64,000 nt of DNA. Origin: Nemertoderma westbladi (lineage: Eukaryota; Animalia; Xenacoelomorpha). This document shows positions 48,219 through 59,551 of the stretch, in pieces. The stretch is taken from the NCBI GenBank assembly GCA_032718475.1, contig JAUCBJ010007147.1, forward strand, positions 44,083 through 108,082, written 5' to 3'. The position numbers and the translations under genes are program-made. Below the pieces are notes generated by a model. That model was not told the DNA's origin, did not search any database, and saw only the letters and a list, made by a program, of their open reading frames with translations. Positions within the stretch are counted from its first letter, which is position 1. Every line of letters starts with the position of its first letter.

Positions 48219-50486
48219 TGGAGCTTAGACAAAAAACTGGGAACGAAAAGTACCCGCACGCCATTTCCTGCGCGATATTCCGAGCGCTTCTCCGCACTTT
48301 GGTCTTTATGTGGCTATTGGCGTAGGTTTCGAACATAACCATATTTCCCATAGCGGTTACATCCTTCGTAGGACACTTTATATTGCAGCGGGGGCTAGCG
48401 GAATGTCCACTGAAACCGCATGTTGTGCAGAGGTTATAGAGGGTTGGACAAAATGAAACATCATGTCCCGATGTCGCGCAGTAGGGACAATAAAGTATCC
48501 CGAGGAGCTGGAGGCACGAATCGGTTACCCGATTTCTCTTACCACTTGGGCACTGCTCCGAACCGCAGTTTCCGCACACCACCAGTTGCATCTCCCGACT
48601 GAAGAATATTGGAATCGGGATGCCAGCGTAATACTCAAGTCGTCGGTCGCATTTAGGAATATTCGCCGTGGCCGGTAGCCCGCGAAAAGCTGGGCTTTGG
48701 CGTAGTATGTTCTCGTTTCGATAACTTTCTTTATACCCTGCCAGTCGCATCCCGGGCGCCCGTTTCTGGGAGTGGATCCATTCGGTCTGCTAGGCGTACC
48801 ATCGGGTAAGTCGCATAGGGTCCTGTGGAACGGAAGGGGTTGTTGCCACAGCTGGTCGGCGAAGAGGTGCCGGGCGTTCGACGGAGGAATTCCGAGGAGA
48901 CACTGGGACCCTTTTCAACCTGTATCGCTGAGCGGGTCCATTGGGTGCTGGTACTCGGGATCTCCGAAGACCAGTCTTCTCCCCCTGGGAACGGATATGG
49001 AGACAACCTCTGACATATGTCGCCGAAGTCATTTAATGCGAAGGTAGTTACTAGCTCCCTAGCGGGACTACCGGAGCCAAGTGGGGTGGATACGCCTGCT
49101 TCCGTCGCAGGTTCGGCCGATCCCGGCGACTTCCGGATCGAGTTGTCGCTTTGGGGTGGACAGCTGTAGCCAACCTTCCTGTAGCCATAATTCCTCCCCA
49201 TCCGAAGAAATCAGTGGTTCCTCCGCACCGAGGAGATCAGCAATCGTAGGGATGTTGAACGGTCCATTCTTGTCCCAGGATGCGATGACGGTGAGCGTTT
49301 TCGTCTCTCCCGGTGAAATATTCTCTACCGCTTTGAACGCGTGGTCGATAACTTCGTTCCACTCATAATCGGTAAAGGATCTAGGAACCGCCTTAATGAG
49401 ACTATTGAGAGTTTTACAGATGAACTTAGCAACTGTGTATGATTCCATAACGACCTAGATATAGTTCCGTCGATCCGGATTCTCCCACTTGTGGTGGATC
49501 GTCCACTTTCTTTCAACATCCTTCCAGCGACTCTCTCGCTCACTCTTTATTTCTAATTCCGGGTAACCACCATATATCTTATTATAATCCTTGAATTTTT
49601 GGGGTTTAAAATCTATACCGCCATTTAGCACTGCGAGGTAGCCGATACCGGATTTCATCCATCTCACCTCTCGGAATCCACGCATGAATTCTGCGGATCG
49701 CAACCTGGCTAGCAGTGTTTGGGTGTCGACGCAATGACTAATGGCGTTGAGATCTTCTTGACGGTTTCTTCCGAAAGCGTAGTCGTTTCGGACGTCCGCC
49801 TTTATATCCGACCCGATTTTAATGATGTCGAAGTCAAATAGGATCTTTTGGATCTCAGGTGGTAATAGCCAGATCGCTCCGGCTGTCCGCACCTCCTGTT
49901 TGGGTGTCGGAAATATTCGACATACCAACACCAAACCGTCTAGGGTTCCGAGGACGACGACCAAGGATCGACCGTATTCCTTCGTCCTATATTTCTCTTG
50001 GTAGTCGTCGCGATTCTGGATAACTGATATACGTTCCTCTCGCAGCGTCGTTGTACACTCCGCTAGGTTTCCCCAGTGGGCGAGGTACGTACTCTTGTCG
50101 TCGACGAAACTTTGGCATCGCGCCAACGTAATCGCTTTCGAGGTGGGCGTCGCGTTTCCCTCGTTGTCATATATCAAACATCGGGATTTGTAGACGCTTT
50201 GCCGGAACGTTTCCCAGAACGACAACTCCTCTCCTCCGGTTGCCTTTGCGTTCCGAGTTCTTTGCAGTCTCGTACTAACATCGGTCAACCGGAGCTCACA
50301 TAGATTCCGGGAATCCGGTCCCTCTCGCCCGGAGAATTTAACGACTCGCACATTCTCATTTATCAGGGCATTCCATTTTGTATCAAACTTAGGAGATCCA
50401 GGCTGTGGATATTCCAGTAAATCGAGTGTATTACATATTTCGCCGAGAATTTGGCGATTTGGGTCCATATTTTCAATTATGTCCAT
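48219..50486 (-). pseudogene. Divergent homolog of the DEDD-exonuclease/zinc-knuckle gene (stops, frameshifts, 3'-truncated)
   Basis: LIYDNEG, LPPEIQKILFDFDIIKIGSDIKAD, CVDTQ, SGIGYLA; CPYCATSGHDVSFCPTLYNLCTTCGFSGH; FETYAN..AQEMACGYF. Confidence 0.75.
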
Positions 50487-50689
50487 TGCAAATTTACATC
50501 AGTTAATTATAAATCCAGAAAGTCTGATTCTATAGTGACTGCAGAATAATTCAGTTTATTTGTAATTCAGTTTATTAATTATTATTGCTATATAGGCATC
50601 TACCATCTTATTGCTACTACATTCAGTATTTACAGTTACTATAGCTATACAATTATCCAACCAGTTTTGACTTTTTATGTCCTCTTCTT

Positions 50690-50875
50690 TTTCCAATTCT
50701 TTTCTTTCTACATTTTATACATTTTTTTTTTCTTTTCTCATTTCTCATTTATTACTCATTTCACATTTCATTATTTCTTCACATTTCATTATTTCTTTCC
50801 ACATTTCATCATTTATTTCACATTTATTACACATTTCATTTATTTCCATATTTCATTTATTTCCATTTCATCATT
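50690..50875. repeat. Low-complexity (ATTTC/ACATTTCATT)n tract
   Basis: Directly visible. Confidence 0.8.
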
Positions 50876-51049
50876 GGGGTTATAGCCCCCCGGCTATCAT
50901 CATTTGTTATAAGTGCAGCACCAGGGTGCGCATCATTACATTTTCATCAGCATATGCGTCATCATTCAGTTTATAGTAGGGTTGTCTGTTTCTTTTCATC
51001 ATTTCCAACTACATTCAACCATCTTCTTTGGGAAATTTTCGTTGTGGAA

Positions 51050-51470
51050 GGGGTGTTACGCAGCAATCTGGGATCTACAGCTGGGCTAGTTACACCGCCT
51101 ACGCCCCAAACTGCACACGTAATGGACAATAAAGACGCTGGAAGTGAAGTCACGTAGAATGCACCAGGGACCAATCAGAATAACACTCCCAACAACATAA
51201 AGCTCAGCCGACAAAGTCATGTGGGATGGGGTTACGCAACATTCTGGGATCTACAGCTGGACTAGTTACACCGCCTACGCCCCAAAATCCACGCAACGGT
51301 CCCACCAGAATAACGAGACTGAGAAATATAAAACCTCTATCGACGAAGTCATGTTGATGCACCATGGACCCACCAGAATAACGGGATAGAGGGGGTGTTG
51401 TGCGGCAATCCGGGATCTACAGCTGGACTAGTTACACCGCCTACGCCCCGAACTGCACACGCAACGGACA
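51050..51470. repeat. Three ~170-bp-period repeats with a conserved ~40-bp core GGGATCTACAGCTGG(G/A)CTAGTTACACCGCCTACGCCCC
   Basis: Cores at about 51070, 51247 and 51412. Confidence 0.85.
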
Positions 51471-52037
51471 ACACAATACAACACAATGTGTTAAAGAAAT
51501 CTCAAAGGGGATTCTTCCTTTTGATATGTTCGTATTTTCGAATAAAACAATGAGGTTAATCAAACTATAACATACCAAGCTAATTGCCCTAAACACAAGC
51601 CGAAACAGAAACAACCAAAACAATAAATCTGATTTTGCTTCCCAAGCTACTTAATACGAGTGTTGGTGACTTAACACTCCAATTGTTCACCCTTCACAGA
51701 GAAATAAAGCAGTTCGTCAGGCGGACAAATGTTGAATGTAAGAATATTTAATAATGCAAAAGGGGGGAAATTATTTACCTAAACCCTGGTACCCTTAGCG
51801 CTGACTGTAATCAGCTATATTACTGCTCGCTACGCTTGCAACTACTGTAGACTTGCAAACCCGCTATTTTTTAGATAACCACCTAGTGTAAATTTGTCCA
51901 AAGATATTTCTGTATTTCCTAAGTGTAAATAACTAAAACTATTCTCCGCTATTCTTCGTACGAAGTCCTTATTTTATTCTAAATACTATCATACATAAAC
52001 TACATTTACTCAAATGTACGTTGCGAACTAATTATTA

Positions 52038-53243
52038 GGTATTCCAGAATTTGTAACGCTAATTAGTTACGTTACTGGGCTACACTAAAGACAGCCTAAA
52101 TACCGTATTATTTGAGCTAACAGTAATTTAACAAGCATAAATAGAAAACAGAAACAATCAAGGTATATAGCGCCTATCTAAAACATTACACATAAATAGC
52201 GTTAGCATTAGCATAGCATTAGCATAGCATTAGCATAAACGTAGCATTAGCATAAACGGCTAAGGTCACCCCAGATCAATGTGATCTTTCTACCTAAACC
52301 TAGCTAGCCTAATAGCAAATCTGAGAGACAAGATCTAGGTCGCCTTGCCCCTAACAGCCTTAATGGCGACCGGCCCTCGGTCCTAAACTTAATTCAGCCA
52401 ACCGCAGCCACCAGCCCCGCCGGTAGTGCCATGCATTGGATCCTCCAACTTCTCCCGTCGCTTCCAAACAGTGAGCCTGCGGTGCCTACCCCTAGCCCAA
52501 CATGTTAAAGAGGGCAGTTACCGTAACGGCGCAAACATAGTAAAAACCAATCAGACAGTCAGACAGTCGAAGGAAACAAACGTTGATTTTGGTTCACTAC
52601 ATTGCGGCAATTATATTTGCAATCAGAAATATATAATCAACAGTCAGACTAAGCAGTAATCATATTCAAAAGTCACAAATGTATGAAGAAAGCAGCAACA
52701 TTTACAACCAACGGAAGTGCAAAAAACGAAGAATAAAGATGGCTACTGCTAAACTGTAGGAATGATGCAAAGTCTAAATTTGCTCACATAATCAGGCGAC
52801 ATCCAGGGTTGTCTCAGCTGGATTTTCGACCAACCAGTGGGCAAAACTCAATTTAGGATCATTAATGCACGTAATCGCCTCAACTTAATTTGGCGATTAT
52901 TAAAAGCACAATTTAGGCGTTATTTTAGCACAAACATCGATTTATAGGGAAATGTAAATAAAATTAACACAAATGTATTAGATTCAATAGATATTGGAAA
53001 ACGGCAAAATTCATATTTTGTTTTAAAGAATTTTGCCACCGCAAATGAATATATCAGGGTTTTATTATAAAATGACGTAAATAGGGCTACATACTGTATA
53101 AAATCGACTGAATATAAAATGAACTTGTATATTTTTTTATTTACCCTATCTAATTATTACGGTTGCATATCAATACGCACTTATCTAACTTATTTTATAC
53201 TGTATAACGGGTTGTTCTGTACACAACGCCAAATATCGCAACA
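52038..53243 (-). repeat. 3' LTR (~1.2 kb) of a BEL family 2-related element
   Basis: Minus strand GGAGCGG (PPT-like) then TGTTGCGATATTTGGCG; homologous to 45494-46991; distal end inferred from where homology stops. Confidence 0.65.
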
Positions 53244-55307
53244 CCGCTCCAAGGGAAACATGTAATGTTTCTCTCCAATTGCAGAAGAAATATGGCGGTG
53301 TGGAATAACAAATAAAATTTACTTTCAAATAAATCAATAAACTTGGTTCTATTATAATTCTAATACATACAAAATATTGCTACCTTTACTGCATAAATTA
53401 TTACATACAAATACAAATTAGATTACAAAATATACTTCCTTCGAATTATTTACAAAATTAACAATTTACTTATTGAAATGAAACATGGCTAGGACTATGT
53501 CCCCCATTTCCCATCTCAAATTATAGAGAACAATAATAACAAAAGAACTAAAATATAAAACGTATTTGAGGCTAAATGTTTAACTAAATATTATTGCGTT
53601 TTAAGGCTGACAATCAAATTAAATATAAAATACGTAATAATTTCTTTCAATTTCGGACTTTACTTCATAAAAACGCAAATCATCTTGGTTTGATGATTGC
53701 TCAGGTAAGAGAAAGGAGTAAGCCAAACCCGCGGGTTTGTCTCCCCAATCACTTCCTTTGCCTCTTTCAATAAACTTTAGAGCAAATAAAGTCATATACA
53801 CAAATCAAATATAGTATAAAGTATTTACTATTTCCAACGGACTATAAAGTAAAAGTATTTCCTTTCAATATTTTTCGGCCTTTTTTTTTATATAAAAAAA
53901 AAATTCTGTCTAAACTAAATCAAATGAAAAATAAGTATAACATATATTAAAATCCACTTGTGATGGGTGGGCAATAAATCTAGACGTATATATCAGAGCG
54001 ACGATGATATATAAAGCATTGGACATATTCGGGCTTAATAATACATGCATCAAAACTTCCCGAAATAATTTGGAGTAAAATATCGTATAAATCGCGGATC
54101 GTGGGTATGGTTAGTAGACGGATGGATGGCGCGAGTCTATTGGATGTCGGGACAGCTTGCGTTGTCTTTTCGCGTCGTATCTTTACCTCATCGGCACTCA
54201 CATCGACATCTCGACTAAGGCAGGAGTAGTATGAGTTCCAATCTCACTATATAAGGATCTGGAATCGTAGTCGTCAGTGTAACAGACGTTGGGGGTTTCT
54301 TTCCGCTAAAATTGACGGTTATCATCGGGTTACTCATCGGATCGCTTTCGTCCTTCTGGGCTCCTCCAAACACCAACGGATGGCGCTTCAAAATTCTCGC
54401 GACTATGTCTGTTATCAAGCAAGTTACCGTGTTTGATTCCAACAATAGATAATACTGCAACGAAGCACGAGGTGGTGCGCAAATGTTCCAATATACCAAC
54501 GCTTGTCACTTGAAATGGGATTTGAACTCAGCTCCCGGCGGCGTATTATATTCACTGTACGCCTCCTCTTCTGCGTCTTCAACTTAAAACCCAATTAGAC
54601 AATAAATGAGCTATAAAGCCCATACCAGTCTTGGCTCGACATCCCGAGCTACCTGGCCTGCCTTCCAGCAGTTCAGGTTCGGCTCTCTAGATCCCGTCTC
54701 ATTCCTAAACTAACGTCTTAATCTATTCCCATGCATAGCGCAAAAACTTTGGAGATAAACTGGCCGTGACCGACTCACTTTTTTGATGCCCAAATTACTC
54801 CCCAAATACTTGTACTAGAATACAGTAGTTAGAACAGACATTATTTGGGGCGCTCGACTATACCAAACCCACGGGTTTGATTATCGAACACCTCTCTCCA
54901 CTACAAACTACTGAGTGGGGTCTGTGTACGTCGCTGGTGCTACTAACCTTTAGCACCTTTGGTTGTTGTACTGTTGGCACCAATCTGTGGAATCTACTGA
55001 ACTCAATTTACACTCCTAAATATAATATCCGTAACCATGGTGTTTAGATACTATGTCTTCCAACTTGTCACGACTTTCAAAATTACTATACTCTTATAAA
55101 CATGTTCACATGTTTATTCTACGTTTGAATTTGTCTTGGGTTCAACTGTAATTATAATTTTTAAACTTTCAAATGCAAAAAAAAAATTTATTTGATACCC
55201 ACCAACAAATTTTCAAACGCAATTCTCCACAAACCCGCTCCTATATTATGCATTTCCAAGTATTTGCATATGAGGAATGCATATAAAGTGAATCTGCGTT
55301 TCTGGCA

Positions 55308-56663
55308 TTAATTTTGTTTTGAGGCAGAAGACAAGTTATAGTCTTCTGTCTCAATGTGTGTTGGTGACAATTGCAATCCCACTGACGGAATCTTCGAATC
55401 CAAATCCGCAGATTTGTAAACCGAAGGCTCCACTGGTGTGGTCGTTTCTTGTCGGTTACTTACTAACTGGGACCCTGGAGCTCCTTGCGCAATCTGTAGG
55501 GGTGGCTTTATGTCATAGCTAACCCTTCCAGATTTTGTGGTCACGTATGTCTCTTGATCCAAGAAGTCTATAGGCCGTTCCAATGGGTCTCTAGGCCGCT
55601 CCACTGAGTCTCTAGGCCGCTCCACTAACTCTCTAGGCCGCTCCAATGAGTCTCTTGGCCGCTCCAATGAGTCTCTAGGCCGCTCCAATGAGTCTCTAGG
55701 CCGCTCCAATGAGTCTCCAGGCCGCTCCAATGAGTCTCTAGGCCGCTCCAATGAGTCCTTAGGCCGCTCCAATGAGTCTCTAGGCCGATCCAATGAGTCT
55801 CTAGGCCGCTCCAATGAGTCTCTAGGCCGCTCCAATGAGTCCTTAGGCCGCTCCAATGAGTCTCTAGGCCGATCCACTGAGTCTCTAGGCCGCTCCAATG
55901 AGTCTCTAGGCCGCTCCAATGAGTCTCTAGGCCGCTCCAATGAGTCTCTAGGCCGCTCCAATGAGTCTCTAGGCCGCTCCAATGAGTCTCTAGGCCGCTC
56001 CAATGAGTCTCTAGGCCGCTCCAATGAGTCTCTAGGCCGATCCACTGAGTCTCTAGGCCGCTCCACTGAGTCTCTAGGCCGCTCCACAACACCTACTTGA
56101 GACGTATCTAAGTTCTGACACTCTGTTATGTAGGTATATGTATTGACGTCACAACTGTGTTCTAACTGGTCGTTATCAGAACATAACTCCTCCTCCGAGT
56201 CACTAGCGTTTTCATCATGGTCTTTACAATCTCTTCTTGAGACATCTATGTCTGGAGGGCCTATGGACTCGCGTGAGTATAGAGATGTAGCTATTATCTT
56301 ACCTCTCACTTTATCCGAGTTTTCCTGTAGATAACGATTTGTAGGAGTATGGAAATCGGCTTGTAGCAGTTTATGATGTAATCTGCCACACTCTACACAT
56401 CCGTTTCCACTGTTCGGGCACTGGCGTCTTACATGACCTGGAGCAAGACATGCCCAACAGGTATCTAACGTCCGCACTTGAATCCGTCTCTGTTCTGAGC
56501 TCAGTTCTTTGAAGCGCCTACAATTTTCCAACTTGTGGTCGTCTGACCTTACTTCCTTTAAGAAGCAGAACTGGCATCCCACAAATCCAACTGGCAAATC
56601 CTGTTGCTTTATACTAGGTCTGTCTGACCTCTCACCTGACCAGACTCGCGAGTCTGATCTCAA
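55308..56663 (-). CDS. BEL gag C-terminus (three Cys/His motifs) fused to ~25 ERPRDSL heptads; 5' end cut off by an RTE
   Basis: CQFC..HKLENC, CWACLAPGHVRRQC, CVECGRLHHKLLQ; frame stays open across the repeat. Confidence 0.75.
   Translation of the reverse strand: MRSDSRVWSGERSDRPSIKQQDLPVGFVGCQFCFLKEVRSDDHKLENCRRFKELSSEQRRIQVRTLDTCWACLAPGHVRRQCPNSGNGCVECGRLHHKLLQADFHTPTNRYLQENSDKVRGKIIATSLYSRESIGPPDIDVSRRDCKDHDENASDSEEELCSDNDQLEHSCDVNTYTYITECQNLDTSQVGVVERPRDSVERPRDSVDRPRDSLERPRDSLERPRDSLERPRDSLERPRDSLERPRDSLERPRDSLERPRDSVDRPRDSLERPKDSLERPRDSLERPRDSLDRPRDSLERPKDSLERPRDSLERPGDSLERPRDSLERPRDSLERPRDSLERPRELVERPRDSVERPRDPLERPIDFLDQETYVTTKSGRVSYDIKPPLQIAQGAPGSQLVSNRQETTTPVEPSVYKSADLDSKIPSVGLQLSPTHIETEDYNLSSASKQN
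55562..56087. repeat. 21-bp minisatellite CTAGGCCGCTCCAATGAGTCT, ~25 copies
   Basis: Directly visible. Confidence 0.95.
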
Positions 56664-56670
56664 GGCGGGG

Positions 56671-58458
56671 GAATGGTTACTCTGGTTATATTTGTCTGCT
56701 TACTGGGCGGAAAAGCCAACCAACCATCAAGGTTAAGGCTGAATCACCAGCCGATCGCCTCAATGGTTGGAAAGCCCACTTTGAAAAGCTCCTCAATAAT
56801 GACAGGGTATTGCCTGATAACTTTATAGAAGTAAAAGTGTCTGAGTCTGTACTCCCAGATATTCCCATTGGCGATATCTCCTTTGCAGAAGTGAAGGCTG
56901 CTGCAAAGAGCATTAAGACCAATCGTGCCAGTGGAGTAGATGGTGTTCCCCCTGAGGTCTTTAAAATACCTGAGTGTTTAAAGCTCATCTATCCCATCAT
57001 AGTAGACATGTACCATACAACAAGAGTCCCACAAGAAATGAAAACAAATAAGTTGGTGCCAGTTCCCAAGAAGGGCAACCTAACACTCTATGGTTCTTTT
57101 CGGGGAATCTCATTGATCTCGATTGCTGCAAAACTATACAATAGAATTCTATTAAATCGCATCAGGGATCCCATTGAGAGACTGCTACGTGGAAATCAGA
57201 ATGGGTTCCGTAAAGGTCGTGGGACCATGGAGCCAATTTTGGCACTTAGAAGGATAATTGAAGAGTTATCAAAAAAGAAAGACAGGCATCTGGCTGTTAT
57301 CTTTGTTGACTTCTTCAAGGCCTTTGATTCAGTCTCTCGCTCACGTATGTTCAGCATACTTTCATTATATGGGATTCCTGATGAAATTATTGCAGCAATC
57401 AGATCAGTATATGATGGTTCGACAACATTTGTGTCTACTGTTGACGGTGACACAGAACCATTTGAAGTGTTATGGGGCGTCCTCCAAGGAGACACACTTG
57501 CACCATTCTTGTTCATTATTGTGGTTGACTATGTTCTACGCATGTCCTTAGATCATCATAATGATGATGGGGTGATGATAACTCCACCTACTGGCTCCAG
57601 AAGTCGAGGAAATCCTGCCAAGTACCTAACTGATCTAGACTTTGCTGATTACTTAGGAGTACTCTCAGAATCATTAGAGGGAGCCCAGCGGCTCCTCAGC
57701 TCATTAGAACATGCTGCTTCTAGTGTTGGTCTTTTTATTAACTCCAGAATGACAAAAATTCTGACAGTTAACTTTGAAAGTCCTCAGCAAGTCTCTGATC
57801 GGATGAGCATAAGCTCAAAGGATGGTATGCTTGAGCATGTGGACGACTTCTGTTACCTGGGATCATGGATCCGGAAGTCAGGTGAGGACCTTCGAATACG
57901 TAAGGGAAAGGCATGGGCAGCCTTGAATAGGCTTTCCAGGATTTGGAAGTCACCTAGAATTAATCGGAAACTTAAGGTCCGATTATTTAGAGCAGCAGTA
58001 GTTCCAGTACTCCTCTACGGGAGTCCATGCTGGGCTCTAACTGCTGAGGACACCAAATCTCTGGATGGCACATTCACAAGAATGCTACGCCGGGTACATT
58101 GTGTCAAGTACAATGCACACATCTCCAACCAGACACTATATAACATTGGAGGTGTCTCATTGGTTCCCCTAAGCTTGACACTAGAACAAAATCGCCTCCG
58201 CTTTCAGGACATTGCTTTCGCCGTGAGGAACAGCCAGTGCATAATCTTGTACTTTGGCAGCCTCATGGAGTGAATAAGCATGGTGGACAGCCCATGACTT
58301 TCTTGAGACGCATCTTAAAGGACACTGGCCTTAAAGATGCGGATGATCTAGCAAATGTCATGGGTGATAGGGAGTTTTGGCGGTGCAATTTTGTTGACAA
58401 GCCGGCACAGCATTCTTAAAAATGCAGCTGCAATGCAGCATGCCGATCCTAGTAGTAG
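56671..58458 (+). mobile_element. RTE-clade LINE family B, 5'-truncated; RT ORF 56810-58273 with a late frameshift; short (TAG)n tail
   Basis: ASGVDG, PKKGNL..FRGISL, QNGFRKGR, FVDFFKAFDS, GVLQGD, FADY (mutated FADD), FCYLGS. Confidence 0.9.
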
Positions 58459-59551
58459 CTGCCAAAATATACAATAAAATGATTCTATATAGGATTAGGC
58501 CTCACATAGAGAAACTACTGCGTAAGAGCCAAAACGGATTTCGACCAAGTAGATCAACAATAACTCAGATACTTGCACTACGGAGAATGATTGAAGGAAT
58601 TAAGTCAAAGAATCTCCCCGGAGTCATGACTTTTGTGGACTTCAAGAAGGCATTCGACTCCATCCATAGAGGTAAAATGCTTGAAATCCTAAGAGCTTAT
58701 GGAATACCGGAAGTAATTGTTGCTGCCATTGGATTGTTATATTGTGACACAGAAGCGCAGGTACTCTCACCAGATGGTGAAACAGAGTTTTTCTCAATCC
58801 TGGCTGGCGTACTGCAAGGTGACACATTAGCACCATTACTATTTGTAATTGTGCTGGATTACGCAATGAGGACGGCCACAAAGGGTGAAGATCTGGGATT
58901 CACACTTCAAGAACGCAGAAGTAGTAGATATCCGGCAACTACAGTCACAGACACCGACTTTGCGGATGACATCGCCCTGCTCTCTAATACGCTAGCAGAT
59001 GCACAGCTTCTACTAAATAAAGTGGAGAGGGCTGCTAAGGAGGTTGGATTGCATATAAATGCTACCAAGACCGAATTCATGACCTTTAATGTTGATGGAA
59101 ACAACAACCATTGATAATAATCAACTAAGGAAGGTCGATGACTTCCAGTATCTTGGATCATGGATAGAGAGTAGCAAAAAGGACATAGAAGTTAGGAAAG
59201 CAAAGGCCTGGGTAGCTCTATCAAAAATGGATACCATCTGGAAATCAGATCTCTCCAGGCACCTGAAGACTAAGTTCTTTCGAGCTACAGTGGAAAGTTT
59301 ATTTTTATACGGGGGTGAGACCTGGACACTGACTAAATCACTTTGAACAACGAATTGATGGTTGCTACACAAGACTACTAAGGGCAGCCCTAAACATCAG
59401 CTGGAGACAACACATGACAAACGCCGAGCTTTATGGTACAATACCACCTGTATCAACCACCCTCCGTGAACGCAGATTAAGATTCAGTGGGCACTGCTGG
59501 CGAAGTAAAGACGAGGTCATACCAGATCTACTTCTCTGGCAACCAACTCAT
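58456..59551 (+). pseudogene. RTE family A RT fragment (frameshifted)
   Basis: Near-identical to ~14830-15925. Confidence 0.9.

Larger units (their letters stand above)
52038..56670 (-). mobile_element. Non-autonomous BEL family 2 derivative: gag 3' part with repeat tail, no pol, 3' LTR
   Basis: Gag homologous to the 42275-43285 ORF, then unrelated sequence up to the PPT/LTR. Confidence 0.65.

Noticed and set aside
55625-56092. WSGLETH-repeat protein
   Set aside because: Alternative frame of the 21-bp minisatellite; the gag-contiguous frame is ERPRDSL.
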